The notes under the pieces were generated by a model. That model made no database searches. It saw only the letters and a list, made by a program, of their open reading frames with translations, and was not told the DNA's origin. The position numbers and the translations under genes were made by a program. Of a DNA stretch of 64,000 nucleotides, positions 1 through 10,402 are shown one piece after another; the first letter of the stretch is position 1, and every line of letters begins with the position of its first letter. The stretch lies in NCBI GenBank assembly GCA_030550585.1, contig JAUQPB010000002.1:64001-128000 (forward strand), written 5' to 3'. The stretch is from Thermoproteota archaeon. GTDB lineage: Archaea > Thermoproteota > Thermoprotei_A > Sulfolobales > Ignisphaeraceae.

Positions 1-956
1 TTCAAGAAAAAATAGAAGCACTTAAGCTAAAGAGTAGAGTTGATTTTGGAATCTATGTATCTCCAGCAAAAGACTATAGGGAAATGTATGACATGTTGTA
101 TGAAGAAGGTGTTGTAGGTGTAAAATTCTTTCCTCAAGATCTTCACCTATTCCCCAAGATCCTCAATATTACTAGTTCCAGAGATCTAAATAGAATAGTG
201 ATTGTTCATGCAGAACATCCATATATGGTGAATGATTGTGAAGCTGGTTCTAGATGGATGTGTAGACCTATTGAAAGCGAGCTTTCAGCTCTAGATATTG
301 TTCACATGCATGTTAAAGAAAATATGAAGATCCATATCACACATATAACAAATGTTCTAACACTATCTTTAGCAAAAAGATATAAATTCACTACAGATAC
401 TTGTCCACACTATCTCTACTTAGATTCTTCTCACGAGAAGGAAATGGGCTGTATAGCTAAAGTAAATCCTCCTCTTAGAACTCCTTCAACAAGATACTCA
501 TTATTGAAACTACTGAAAGCATTTGATGCAGTTTCCTCTGATCATGCGCCTCACAGTTTCGATGAAAAACTTCTTGATTTCTCGATGTGTCCATCAGGTA
601 TAGCTTCTCTAGAATTGACTGCTTCCTTAATCCTAAACTTAGTAAATTTAGGTGCTATAGATCTAGATGACGCTGTAAAGCTCTTATCTCGAGGTCCCTC
701 CAAAATACTTGGACTCAAGAGATGGGGATGTACGTATATTGGTTGTATAGCTAGTTATACTGTAGTGGATATGAATAAAGAATTTCGTGTTGATCCTGAA
801 ACATTTTATTCGAAATCTAGATTTTCGCCCTACAAAAAGAATGTATTAAAGGGTGTAGCTACAGCAACTATAGTCAGAGGCGGTATTGTTTATATCGATG
901 AAGGATATGAAGAGAAAATCGAACCTGAACCTTTAACAAAGTTTATGGTGAATTAA
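1..956 (+). CDS. pyrC: Dihydroorotase (5'-truncated by window edge)
   Basis: Motifs HAEH, HITH, CPHYL, KVNPPLR and SSDHAPH. The frame is open upstream of 84 to the window start (SRVDFGIY). Adjacent to pyrD. Confidence 0.9.
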   Translation, partial: QEKIEALKLKSRVDFGIYVSPAKDYREMYDMLYEEGVVGVKFFPQDLHLFPKILNITSSRDLNRIVIVHAEHPYMVNDCEAGSRWMCRPIESELSALDIVHMHVKENMKIHITHITNVLTLSLAKRYKFTTDTCPHYLYLDSSHEKEMGCIAKVNPPLRTPSTRYSLLKLLKAFDAVSSDHAPHSFDEKLLDFSMCPSGIASLELTASLILNLVNLGAIDLDDAVKLLSRGPSKILGLKRWGCTYIGCIASYTVVDMNKEFRVDPETFYSKSRFSPYKKNVLKGVATATIVRGGIVYIDEGYEEKIEPEPLTKFMVN

Positions 957-958
957 TT

Positions 959-1864
959 GTGCTGGAAACAGTTGTAGCCACAATAAGTCTTAGACATCCT
1001 GTAATGAATGCTAGTGGTATACTTGGAACACATAGAGAACATATATCAAGACTTGTAAGTTATGGATTAGCTGCTGTAGTTACAAAGACCATAACCCCAG
1101 AACCTAGGGAAGGTTATAATCCACCAATAATAGTTGAGCTACCTACAGGTGGATTAATTAATGCTGTAGGTCTAGAGAATCCTGGCAAAAATGTTATTAA
1201 AGAGCTTGTAGAGGAAGCTAAAAAATATAGCATACCTATTATAGTTAGTATTGGCGGTAGAAATGAAGATGAATTCATTGAGGTTGCTGTAGAAGCAGAT
1301 ATGAATAAAGCTGATGCTGTAGAGCTTAACTTAAGTTGTCCTCATACCAAAGGATATGGTGTCGAGATAGGGGTAGATCCTAAAAATGTGTACTCAGTAG
1401 TTAAAGCAGTTGTTTCAACAATAAAGATACCTGTTGTAGCTAAACTAGGGTTAAGCGATAGAGTAGTTGAATCAGCAGAAAAAGCATTAGAGGCAGGAGC
1501 CAAAGGTTTAACGCTCATAAACACAATAAAGGCTATATATATAGATGTATATTCTTTAAAGCCTGTATTAACGAATATCTATGGAGGTCTTTCTGGTACC
1601 CCAATACATCCTATAGCTGTCAGAATTGTCTATGATGTGTATAAAGAAACTAAAGCCGATATAATAGGATGTGGAGGGGTAGTAAACTGGCAAACAGCAG
1701 CAGAAATGATTCTAGCTGGAGCAAAAGCTATTCAAGTAGGAACAGCATTAATGCGTGATCCAAAGAGAATTGTAGAAGATATAGTTAAAGGATTGAGTGA
1801 ATGGCTAGAAACAATAGGAATAAAAGAAATTTCACAAGCAGTTGGTCTCGCTCATAAGGTGTAA
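959..1864 (+). CDS. pyrD: Dihydroorotate dehydrogenase, catalytic subunit
   Basis: NASG, INAVGLENPG, ELNLSCPH, LINT and GGLSG motifs. Confidence 0.93.
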   Translation: MLETVVATISLRHPVMNASGILGTHREHISRLVSYGLAAVVTKTITPEPREGYNPPIIVELPTGGLINAVGLENPGKNVIKELVEEAKKYSIPIIVSIGGRNEDEFIEVAVEADMNKADAVELNLSCPHTKGYGVEIGVDPKNVYSVVKAVVSTIKIPVVAKLGLSDRVVESAEKALEAGAKGLTLINTIKAIYIDVYSLKPVLTNIYGGLSGTPIHPIAVRIVYDVYKETKADIIGCGGVVNWQTAAEMILAGAKAIQVGTALMRDPKRIVEDIVKGLSEWLETIGIKEISQAVGLAHKV

Positions 1865-2702
1865 AGATGTGTCTATACTCGTTATATCAACATTAAACAC
1901 GAATTTAGCGATGGAGATAAATCGATACATTAAAGAGTTGAGTAATAAATATTCATATATAGTGACATATGTATGGGAATACTTGCCTCAACACTCTCTA
2001 GAGATACAATATTTCCATAAACCATTGGCTAAACTCGAGAAAGACTTTGAACAAATAGTAAAACTAAAGGAATTGATAGTATTTGTGAACACTATTTGCA
2101 TAGATTCTGTAAGACAACAATTAATGAATTACATAGACAGTAAAGTGGATAACGTTGTACTAATTGATTATTGTCTCAATCATGTTTCTTGTTATAAGAA
2201 TCTACTATCGCTACCTCCGTATATTACTATCGTAAAAACATTCATAGACCGTATAACCACAATTTTTTCAAATATCGACGAAATATTGATACGTATAAAG
2301 ATATGCAGAGAATGCTTGAAGACTCTTTCTATTCTACATAATATCGATACTATCAAGACTATAGATCTGTTCCAAGAACTAATAAGACAAGTTATTAAAA
2401 ATCATTACAGAATAGAAATTTCAATTAATACGATTACAGAATTTCTTTTAACTGCAAGAGGGATAGTGAAGGGGTACAGAGAAGAGAGAGCATATATGTA
2501 TAGAGTTGAGATATCTGAAGAACATACGAATAAAAGCTACATGCTACAACTTTTAGCAATCCTATTGTTAATAACCGATGGATATAATAAAGCTATGAGA
2601 AACATCTGCATCTCAGACATTGGTCTAGATGAAGGACTTTACTCAATCTTCTTTGCATATCTTGTTAAACATGGTGCAAACATCTCTGTGAATATACTCT
2701 AG
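1842..2702 (+). CDS. Hypothetical protein
   Basis: 286-aa ORF directly after pyrD. No recognisable motif; start uncertain. Confidence 0.55.
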   Translation: MVSLIRCKDVSILVISTLNTNLAMEINRYIKELSNKYSYIVTYVWEYLPQHSLEIQYFHKPLAKLEKDFEQIVKLKELIVFVNTICIDSVRQQLMNYIDSKVDNVVLIDYCLNHVSCYKNLLSLPPYITIVKTFIDRITTIFSNIDEILIRIKICRECLKTLSILHNIDTIKTIDLFQELIRQVIKNHYRIEISINTITEFLLTARGIVKGYREERAYMYRVEISEEHTNKSYMLQLLAILLLITDGYNKAMRNICISDIGLDEGLYSIFFAYLVKHGANISVNIL

Positions 2703-2887
2703 ATAACGTTATATTAATGATGTAGCGACACAATACTTTTAATTGCTAAATACTAGCTAAAGATGTTTCACAATATATAGTGTTGTTTCAAAATCCTATA
2801 GAATTACTTCTATTGAGGCAATTTTAATTTATTTACCAGCTATAGACATATTTACCGATACAAGGATAAATAGTTTGGGATAACGAT

Positions 2888-5392
2888 ATGGAGTCTAAAA
2901 AACGTATAGCCATATATGTGGTAGTGATAATTGTTTTGGCTAGCATTACTATATATAGCTATTATTATCTAGTGAGAGAAAAAGATAAAGAGATAACTCC
3001 AAAGACATTACCAACAGAATCCATATCTCTAGTCACAGAAACAATACTTGTGGAGATTTCAACACCTACAACGAATACCATCAAAGAAGAGGAAGATATC
3101 ACAAAAACTACATTAACTACACCTACAACTTTTCCACAAGAAACGATAACCACAGTTATTAACCATACTACTAGTCAACCACCTTTATATCACCTATCGA
3201 CAGAAACCTTTCCACAGGAAAAGGGTTTAGCTATGAATATAATCTATTATCCCAAAACAGTTATTTCGTGTTACGAGAAAATCGAAGTAATGTTCAATAT
3301 ATCGAACCTAATGTACAGAAATCCATACAACTCAAGCGACATAGATGTTGTAGGATACATCTATACACCAAATAACGAGGTTATCAAAATTCCAGCGTTC
3401 TACACAAGGAACTACACGATTCAAAGTATGGGATCGAGGGAACATATAGTTTTATTCAATACGCCACCTCTCTGGGCATTACGTTTTACACCAAAAGTCT
3501 CTGGAGAATATAGGGTAGTTATAGAGGCTAGAAACAGTAGTGGGGTAAAAATTTCGAGTGAAGAGCTGAAGATACAGGTTTCTGAATGTAGAAACAAAAG
3601 AGGATTCATATCAATTGATGAATCAAAGAAATTCTTGGTGTTTGAAGACGGATCTTCAGAAATAATGCTAGGCATAAACTTAGCTTGGCCTCCAAACAAA
3701 CTTGAGGCTATATCCTTCTATAGCTCATGGTTCAAAAGACTTAAAGAACTAGGTGTTAAGGTTGTACGCATAGGTCTTGTTCCATGGTCTCTAAATCTAG
3801 AATGGAGTAATTTGAATCGCTATAGTTTAGCAGATGCAGCAAGAATAGATGAAATCATCAGATTGGCAGAAGAACATGATATCTACATAATATTTGTGTT
3901 TATGTGGCATAACGAACTTGCAGATGATTGGGGAAACAATCCATATAATGCTTTAAGAGGAGGGCCTATAAAGAATCCTGAAGAATTTTGGAGTAATCCC
4001 ATAGCCATAGATATATTCAAGAATAAGGTGAGGTACATAATCGCTAGATGGGGTTATTCGCCACATATACTTGCATGGGAATTAGTCAATGAAGCTGATC
4101 TAACATCAAACTTCTTTAGCATTAGAGATGCTTTTGTTAATTGGGTTAAAGAGATAAGTAGTTATGTAAAGTTACTTGATCCCTATAAACGACCTGTAAC
4201 TGTAAATCTTGCAGACTATAACTCAGAACCAAGAGTATGGAACATAGAGAGTATAGATTTGATAACAGTCCATAGATATGGACCCACAGGGTTTAAGGAT
4301 ATAGGATCCTCAATACCAAGTATAATAGATTCTCTATGGAATACCTATAGAAAGCCTGTAGTGATAACAGAGTTTGGTGTAGATTATAGATGGATAGGGA
4401 TGCAGGGATTTACCGGAATTCCGTATTGGGCTATAGATAGAGAAGGTATAGGTCTTCATGAAGGATTATGGAGTTCCACTTTATCAGGATCTCCTATATC
4501 GGCCATGAGCTGGTGGTGGGATACACAAATAGAGAGATACAACCTGTTCTATCACTTTAAAGCTTTATCTGAATTCCTAAAAGGTGTTGACCCAGTAAAA
4601 GGAAGACTAAGTAGATTAAATGTATATGTAGAATCAGCTTCAACTATCGAAGGCAATACAACTTCCTTAATACTTTATCCAAGTGCTGGATGGATCTGGG
4701 TTTCACCAGTAAAACAGAACATCTACACTATACACCCTAACGGAAAGATAGAGGGTGATACATCGCTACTTAGTGGCTTTGTGTACGGTAAAGGACATAA
4801 CCAGCGGACTCTGAATCCCATATTCATAGTTACGTTTCTCGATAGAGGTAGAATGATCTTGAATGTAAATTCTGTAGGAAGAGGATCAGCAGTAGTATCG
4901 ATATATGTCAATAACACAAAGATAGAGGAGAAAGTGTTACCCGATATAGATGGTAAAAGTGATGAAGATGCTAATGAGTATAATATCGACATTACAATAG
5001 ATTTTGAACCTGGCACATATGAGATTAGAATAGATAATGAAGGTACAGATTGGTATACATGGAACTACATAGTATTCGAAAACACTATATACGCTTCAGC
5101 AAAGGTGCAGGCAATAGGTTTAGGTAATAAGAGTTTTGCAATAATGTGGATAAGGAATACAGACTTTAACTGGTGGAATTATGCAGTATTAAACAAATCA
5201 CCTATACCTCTAAAGAATGTAGTGATTTCAGTAGAAGGTTTAGAAGATGGTATGTATGTAGTTGAGTTTTGGGATACATTTAGAGGAGAAGTAGTAGAAA
5301 GTAAAGAGGTAATGGTTACTCAAGGAAAAGCACGCATATCAATAGATAGTTTAGAGAAGGATCTAGCTTTAAAGATGTATAAAACAGAGTAA
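2888..5392 (+). CDS. Membrane-anchored extracellular GH5-like (clan GH-A) glycoside hydrolase, multidomain
   Basis: N-terminal TM helix and Thr/Pro-rich linker, then a DUF5060-like region (YRNPY...WALRFTP). The TIM barrel has RYIIARWGYS, WELVNE (acid/base) and ITEFG (nucleophile). C-terminal beta domains follow. Confidence 0.85.
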   Translation: MESKKRIAIYVVVIIVLASITIYSYYYLVREKDKEITPKTLPTESISLVTETILVEISTPTTNTIKEEEDITKTTLTTPTTFPQETITTVINHTTSQPPLYHLSTETFPQEKGLAMNIIYYPKTVISCYEKIEVMFNISNLMYRNPYNSSDIDVVGYIYTPNNEVIKIPAFYTRNYTIQSMGSREHIVLFNTPPLWALRFTPKVSGEYRVVIEARNSSGVKISSEELKIQVSECRNKRGFISIDESKKFLVFEDGSSEIMLGINLAWPPNKLEAISFYSSWFKRLKELGVKVVRIGLVPWSLNLEWSNLNRYSLADAARIDEIIRLAEEHDIYIIFVFMWHNELADDWGNNPYNALRGGPIKNPEEFWSNPIAIDIFKNKVRYIIARWGYSPHILAWELVNEADLTSNFFSIRDAFVNWVKEISSYVKLLDPYKRPVTVNLADYNSEPRVWNIESIDLITVHRYGPTGFKDIGSSIPSIIDSLWNTYRKPVVITEFGVDYRWIGMQGFTGIPYWAIDREGIGLHEGLWSSTLSGSPISAMSWWWDTQIERYNLFYHFKALSEFLKGVDPVKGRLSRLNVYVESASTIEGNTTSLILYPSAGWIWVSPVKQNIYTIHPNGKIEGDTSLLSGFVYGKGHNQRTLNPIFIVTFLDRGRMILNVNSVGRGSAVVSIYVNNTKIEEKVLPDIDGKSDEDANEYNIDITIDFEPGTYEIRIDNEGTDWYTWNYIVFENTIYASAKVQAIGLGNKSFAIMWIRNTDFNWWNYAVLNKSPIPLKNVVISVEGLEDGMYVVEFWDTFRGEVVESKEVMVTQGKARISIDSLEKDLALKMYKTE

Positions 5393-5674
5393 ATATAGAA
5401 TACAAAGCAGATACCAATGTTTCAACACTTTTATTATCTATTTTGTTTGTATTCACAATATCTCTACATAATATTACAATATTGAACTCTATAGATGGTC
5501 GGATACCAATAGATATATTTAATAAGGCTCTCTACATGTATAGTTTATGTTACATTTATCAAAATCATTAATTAGGTGATTTATAGAATATGAATAGGGT
5601 GTATCTATTTCCTAACTTCTGTGAAGAACAATCATAACCTCGGAGAACCCGAGATTGTTGAAAAACGCTGAGAG

Positions 5675-6322
5675 TTAAGCAGAGCGTTTCTTGTACATGT
5701 AGGAGTAGTTTGTTAAGTCTATAACCTTAGATGTATCCGTTTTGTATCGGTGTTCTTGTCTTAATGTTATAATTACATGTAAACCCATCTTGCTTAAATT
5801 CTCGAGAATTTCAGGGAATATGTATTCTGATGCATATTCGTCAAGATAGTTAAGAGGATCATCTATTATGGTTATAGGGGCTTTTACTAGTAAAGTGGTA
5901 ACCAACATTACTCTTCTCCTTTGCCCCATTGAGAGTTCTCTTAATCTAGCTTTTTGAGCATGGGTAAGACTGACTATCTCCAGCGCTTTTTCAGCCTCGC
6001 TTCTTTCCACGGGTTTCATGTACATGTATGGAACCAGCCTTAAGTAGTCAATAACCCTCAACTCTAGGGGCAAATCCACGTCCTCGGGAACGTAGTATAT
6101 GTCTTTCCTATGTTTTGTTATGTCAACTCCGTTAAAGGTGATCTTACCTCGTAAAGGAGGTAGAAGAGTTGCAAGCGTTCTTGCAAGTGTGGTTTTACCA
6201 ACACCGTTGGGACCAACAAAGATCAGAATATCATTCGCGTTAACGCTAAAGTTTAATACCCCAATAACCGGAATCTTACCATATCCGCATACTAGATCAG
6301 TTGCTTGTAACATGTTCATCAC
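5675..6322 (-). CDS. ABC transporter ATP-binding protein
   Basis: Walker A GPNGVGKTT, signature LSMGQ, Walker B IIDDP. Confidence 0.92.
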   Translation of the reverse strand: MMNMLQATDLVCGYGKIPVIGVLNFSVNANDILIFVGPNGVGKTTLARTLATLLPPLRGKITFNGVDITKHRKDIYYVPEDVDLPLELRVIDYLRLVPYMYMKPVERSEAEKALEIVSLTHAQKARLRELSMGQRRRVMLVTTLLVKAPITIIDDPLNYLDEYASEYIFPEILENLSKMGLHVIITLRQEHRYKTDTSKVIDLTNYSYMYKKRSA

Positions 6323-6788
6323 CCATCAATCCCAATATACCACTTAAATCGAATACAATGTTGATTGACTGAAGTAGAAGAGGTATAAGAGCAAGGAAGT
6401 ATTCTGGATAGTACTTCAACACTATTAACCCAATCATGGACGGAACTAGAGGCCCTGAAACTGTTGCTAAATACAATCTCTCCAGGGGTACATAATCTAG
6501 GGGCTCTAATCGTATCATATGGTTGCTGAGCATAACAGATACATCGATGTCTAGTATCGCGAAATGAACAAGCTCGTGTAGGAGCGTTCCTGCAATAAAC
6601 AATGCTATTATGGCAATTGACGATAATATAAAGCTTAACCCTAAGTCAAGTGATGCCCATGTCATCATAATAGAGCCTATTGTGCAAGTCAATGCAAGGA
6701 GAATAGTTGGCTTACTTACGAGTAGGTGTTTTAGAATTAAGCTTACAAATAGACTGTATTTTCTTTTCTTTACAACTGCTTTAGCCAT
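6297..6788 (-). CDS. Membrane protein with HExxH motif (putative site-2/M50-like or DUF3267-like metalloprotease)
   Basis: LHELVH within a hydrophobic helix, followed by SGPL and a distal Asp (NIVFD). About 4 TM segments. Confidence 0.65.
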   Translation of the reverse strand: MAKAVVKKRKYSLFVSLILKHLLVSKPTILLALTCTIGSIMMTWASLDLGLSFILSSIAIIALFIAGTLLHELVHFAILDIDVSVMLSNHMIRLEPLDYVPLERLYLATVSGPLVPSMIGLIVLKYYPEYFLALIPLLLQSINIVFDLSGILGLMGDEHVTSN

Positions 6789-8167
6789 GGAATCACCTTG
6801 TATCTTATAAAATATCCAACCTTAACAGGCAAATCGTAAAATAAAATAGAGATGATGAACACCGATATGGTGTATGCAACAGCCATCGTGGTAAGATAAT
6901 TTTGTACTATTTTTTGTACTATTATCCGCCCCATGAGCGTGCCCACGATAAGGTAAAACATAAAACACTTAATAATCTCAAAGTCTTTTTCAACTCTATT
7001 AAGCGTGAACATTCCTGCTAGCAATCCTGTAGTTAAAATGAGTATGGGAACACCTTCTAGCTCGATTAAGCCAAAAACGTGGAGAACGCTGTATATGACT
7101 AATGCATATAACCAACCAAATGAGAAAACAGAAATAACGTTCAATACCCTTGTAGAAAACCTTGTATTCGTAAGGAATTTAACGTAATGCATGTATGAAT
7201 CAATGTACCTATCCACGACATTTAACAATGGAGGAACTACGAACATAGCTAGACTCCCGAAAAGACTGCCGAGCATCAATGCAAGTAGTGTTTCCTCGTC
7301 AAAACCTAAATCACGAACATTGGTTGTTACACCTCCTACGCTTATAGATAGTATTACCTTCTCCCCAAGTGCGAGCTTCCCGAGAGCTATGAGTAGAAAT
7401 AGAAACGCAGTAGTTGCGAGTATGTATGGACTGAATGATGCGTATCCAAGGCTTCTTAACACTTCAACTTTTGGAATTTTACTCATGAAAAGGTCGGTTA
7501 GTATCTTAATCAGTACTGGTGAAATCGAGTAAGCGATCAACACCAAAAGTAAACTCAAAGGTATCGAGATTACCATGCTAATGCCCAGTATTATTATCGA
7601 TAATAGTGATGACACGGTTGCTGTAATCCTTATGTTATGCCAGGACGCTATCAAGAATCCAAGGAGAAGTATGTATGTTGTGAAGAATATGTACATATTC
7701 AATGGGAGCTTCAGAACATGGATGTTTAACACGAACAGAAGTGAAAGAGGAAGAATCAACAACATGTAGTTGAACACGGAAAATAGAAGACTAACATCTT
7801 GTACCTTAGCGATGGGGTGCTGGTACAACTTAAGCTTTTTAAAAGAATTAAACCTGTTGATATATAGAAATCCTACTAACAGGAAGAGGAATATGCTGAA
7901 CGTGATGTAACCACTAATTATTCTCAATCTATGGGTAATGTCTAATTCTGTCAGGATGTCTAAGTACTTAGTGAGCTCTTTTCGTATATATAGCTCGTTA
8001 GCAATGAAGGAAAATATGATACTTAGCGGAAATAAGTAATCTTGTATTACGAGTAAAAAGTAACATCTAAAAAGGAAAAATATTGGGAGAAAAATATAAA
8101 AAATCTTCTTACATTTATTCATATTCGACATTACCTGCACTTGCAATTTAGAGTAACGAAGAGCCAT
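6770..8167 (-). CDS. Polytopic membrane protein (putative permease)
   Basis: About 12 or more hydrophobic segments. Overlaps its neighbours in an operon with the ABC ATPase. Confidence 0.7.
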   Translation of the reverse strand: MALRYSKLQVQVMSNMNKCKKIFYIFLPIFFLFRCYFLLVIQDYLFPLSIIFSFIANELYIRKELTKYLDILTELDITHRLRIISGYITFSIFLFLLVGFLYINRFNSFKKLKLYQHPIAKVQDVSLLFSVFNYMLLILPLSLLFVLNIHVLKLPLNMYIFFTTYILLLGFLIASWHNIRITATVSSLLSIIILGISMVISIPLSLLLVLIAYSISPVLIKILTDLFMSKIPKVEVLRSLGYASFSPYILATTAFLFLLIALGKLALGEKVILSISVGGVTTNVRDLGFDEETLLALMLGSLFGSLAMFVVPPLLNVVDRYIDSYMHYVKFLTNTRFSTRVLNVISVFSFGWLYALVIYSVLHVFGLIELEGVPILILTTGLLAGMFTLNRVEKDFEIIKCFMFYLIVGTLMGRIIVQKIVQNYLTTMAVAYTISVFIISILFYDLPVKVGYFIRYKVIPWLKQL

Positions 8168-8583
8168 GAAATAGAAACACTACACTCTTCGACGTCACCT
8201 TTGCATGTAAGTAAAGGACAGGCTAAACCACAAGTTGCTAGATACACAGCGATGAACACTGCAGCTAGTATCACAATGGTGATTAATACTCCGTAGAGAA
8301 ACAACCTAGTTTTATAGCTTTTACTCGATTGCTTCTTGTGTATTGAGTAAGTAGTTAGAAGCGCTGAAAGTGTGGATAGTGGTATTATAGTGTGGGGGTT
8401 TCCGTGGTAGGAAACAACACAACTGTTGTTCTCGCAATAACTCCCGCTTATATTTATCAGGGGGATTCCCAGCCCGATGATTGATAATAAGACTGACGCA
8501 AGGAAGACTACTTGAGCTATTAAAACTGTTAACATCAAAGTTGTTGCCACGTAATACAGTCCCAGTATTACATGCCTTTTCAT
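8131..8583 (-). CDS. Small Cys-rich membrane protein
   Basis: Hydrophobic helices and 8 Cys, ending LNCKCR. GGTGA SD-like sequence upstream. Confidence 0.65.
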   Translation of the reverse strand: MKRHVILGLYYVATTLMLTVLIAQVVFLASVLLSIIGLGIPLINISGSYCENNSCVVSYHGNPHTIIPLSTLSALLTTYSIHKKQSSKSYKTRLFLYGVLITIVILAAVFIAVYLATCGLACPLLTCKGDVEECSVSISWLFVTLNCKCR

Positions 8584-8805
8584 AACCTGCTCTCACCTAC
8601 TGTTAAAATCTCATGTATGAAATAGTTAAAAAATCTTTATGAACGTAGAGTGATCATGAATGTGTATGTTCAACTACATATGCTTAAAATTCGTCTCTTT
8701 TCGCAACTTGTGGTCTACCATAAGGTTGTAGAACTTTCTCCGAAAGCCTTCAGGCTGTCTTTAGCGGTCTTGAGCTTCTCTCTGCTCGTTGATTTTGCTT
8801 TCTCC

Positions 8806-8933
8806 AGGGTACTGCTTGAGAACTCTGGCTAGGTGCTTGGGGACGCTCTTAGGATTTTTGCTGTTTTGCGGTAGGCTTTCTCCTGCTTCCTTAGCTTCAC
8901 AATGTATTTCTCCTTCTTTCTCAAGGAGTAGAA
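8806..8933 (-). pseudogene. Decayed HTH DNA-binding gene fragment
   Basis: Joining two frames gives IVKLRKQEKAYRKTAKILRASPS/LARVLKQYP, resembling an HTH (LRxxGxSYREIAKxLxVSxSTVxRVLK). Confidence 0.4.
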
Positions 8934-9161
8934 TAACGTTTTCGGACACTTTTACTATCTGATTACTGTCTTACTGTTACTTATCACGTTATTTTACTAT
9001 TTATTGCTATTGCTCCTGTTGATTTATCCATCCTCTGCAACTCTATTCTGCTACTCTGCGAACAGAAAAACCATCCATGTAAAACACTCTCCTCACATAA
9101 AACCCTGTATCCTGTGTTTTGCATGATTGGTAACATGTCTTCATCATGAATCAGCTAGTTT

Positions 9162-9749
9162 ATGTCTAGACGATTAATCCATGGAATCCTCGGTTTACCC
9201 AACTCGCCTAAGTTCCTTAAGCTGTATCAATTTCACTTTCAATTCTTTCCATTATATTCAACGAAAACAATATCAAATAAAGTTACTATATTACTAGCTA
9301 TATTTAAATTTAATGGGAAATGGTATGCAATTACATCAAGTTTTACAGCTGGAACCATACTATGGGAGATAGAGGATCCTACATCAACGGTTTTTACCTA
9401 TGTTAAAACAATATTCGAGAAAGGTCGTGAAAATCCCTGCATATATCCTGTTACTACATCTAATGGCGAAATAAGGTTCATGATGTCATTGGCCACAGAT
9501 ACAGAATTTGGTAGTCGTCATAAAATCTATGTATTTGACACACACTTCAACCTTTTGGAGGAATACGACATCATTACATATAGAGTTTAGTCAGCAGGAC
9601 AATCATTTTACCTAGATCCATGGTACATCTACATAAATCAAGATCAATCTCCCACAAGAACTTTTCAAAACTCAGGTATATGGCCTGGAGCATATATAGA
9701 GATATATAGACTTAAGACAAACTATAGATACTACATTGAGGAGAAATAG
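9162..9749 (+). pseudogene. Gene remnant with an internal TAG (possible beta-propeller/glycosidase fragment)
   Basis: The ORF 9162-9590 frame continues past TAG 9588-9590 for 52 more coding-like codons to TAG 9747-9749. Beta-rich (IFKFNGKWYAIT, GRENPCIY). Confidence 0.45.
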
Positions 9750-9819
9750 AATCCTACAGATCAGTCTCAGCGATATAATTGATACTTTAGTAAAATATAG
9801 TTGAATGTAGTTCTATTGC

Positions 9820-9866
9820 TGGAGCCGCCGGCGGGATTTGAACCCGCGACCACCGGCTTACAAGGC
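9820..9866 (-). other. att-like 47-nt 3' half of tRNA-Thr(TGT)
   Basis: GCCTTGTAAGCCGGTGGTCGCGGGTTCAAATCCCGCCGGCGGCTCCA: anticodon loop, T arm, acceptor 3' strand and CCA. The D arm and 5' strand are absent. Confidence 0.9.
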
Positions 9867-9980
9867 TTGTTCATATATATGTTGATTTGCATGAGCGATA
9901 TTTGTTGCATGCAATATCTAGTTGCAGATGTATTTGTTTTATGTCAAAGATTCTCTGATAAGCTTTTCGATGTATCTGGG
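9820..9980 (-). repeat. Left 161-bp inverted repeat (integrase 3' end + spacer + tRNA-Thr 3' half)
   Basis: Reverse complement of 12292-12452, with one mismatch (GGTGGTCGC vs GGTGGCCGC). Confidence 0.97.
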
Positions 9981-10086
9981 CTGTTTTCTTCTTGATGTTT
10001 TTAGGAAATGTTTATAAGCGTTGTTTCTATTAATGTTTATTAAGGTAATTCATGTCTGAAAAGTTGCTGAGACCCTACTCGTTTCG

Positions 10087-10350
10087 GGTAGACCTTTGAA
10101 GAGCACTAGCTTCTACTGGAGGAAGAAGATAGCGGATTACCAGTCCACTTTGAACAAGTACGAGTTAAAGACCTCTAGGAGGCTTAGGAGAATGTACAAA
10201 AAATGGAGAAAACAGATCAGGAACTACGTAAACTGGGTTGTGAGGAGCGCTATGGAGTGGTTGTACTGGAGAAGAGTATCAAGAGTGGTAGTTGGCCATC
10301 CAAAGTACATAGCTCAAAACAGCAGTAAAAGCTCCAAGATCACCAGATGA
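10087..10350 (+). pseudogene. tnpB: IS200/IS605-family TnpB internal fragment
   Basis: GRPLKSTSFYWRKKIADYQSTLNKYELKTSRRLRRMYKKWRKQIRNY...VSRVVVGHP is typical of archaeal OrfB. The N-terminus and the Zn-finger/RuvC end are missing. Confidence 0.8.
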
Positions 10351-10402
10351 GAACCATAACACTTATTAACTCGCTAAGTATGTAGGATACCGAGGTGGGA
10401 AC

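Noticed and set aside
9588-9590. Programmed TAG readthrough (pyrrolysine)
   Set aside because: No pyl genes in the window, pyrrolysine is not expected in this lineage, and the surroundings are pseudogene debris. A nonsense mutation is simpler.
9801-9995. ORFs 9801-9995 (+) and 12268-12453 (-) encoding near-identical peptides (EPPAGFEPAT...)
   Set aside because: They are antisense translations of the tRNA fragment and the 161-bp inverted repeat, not genes.
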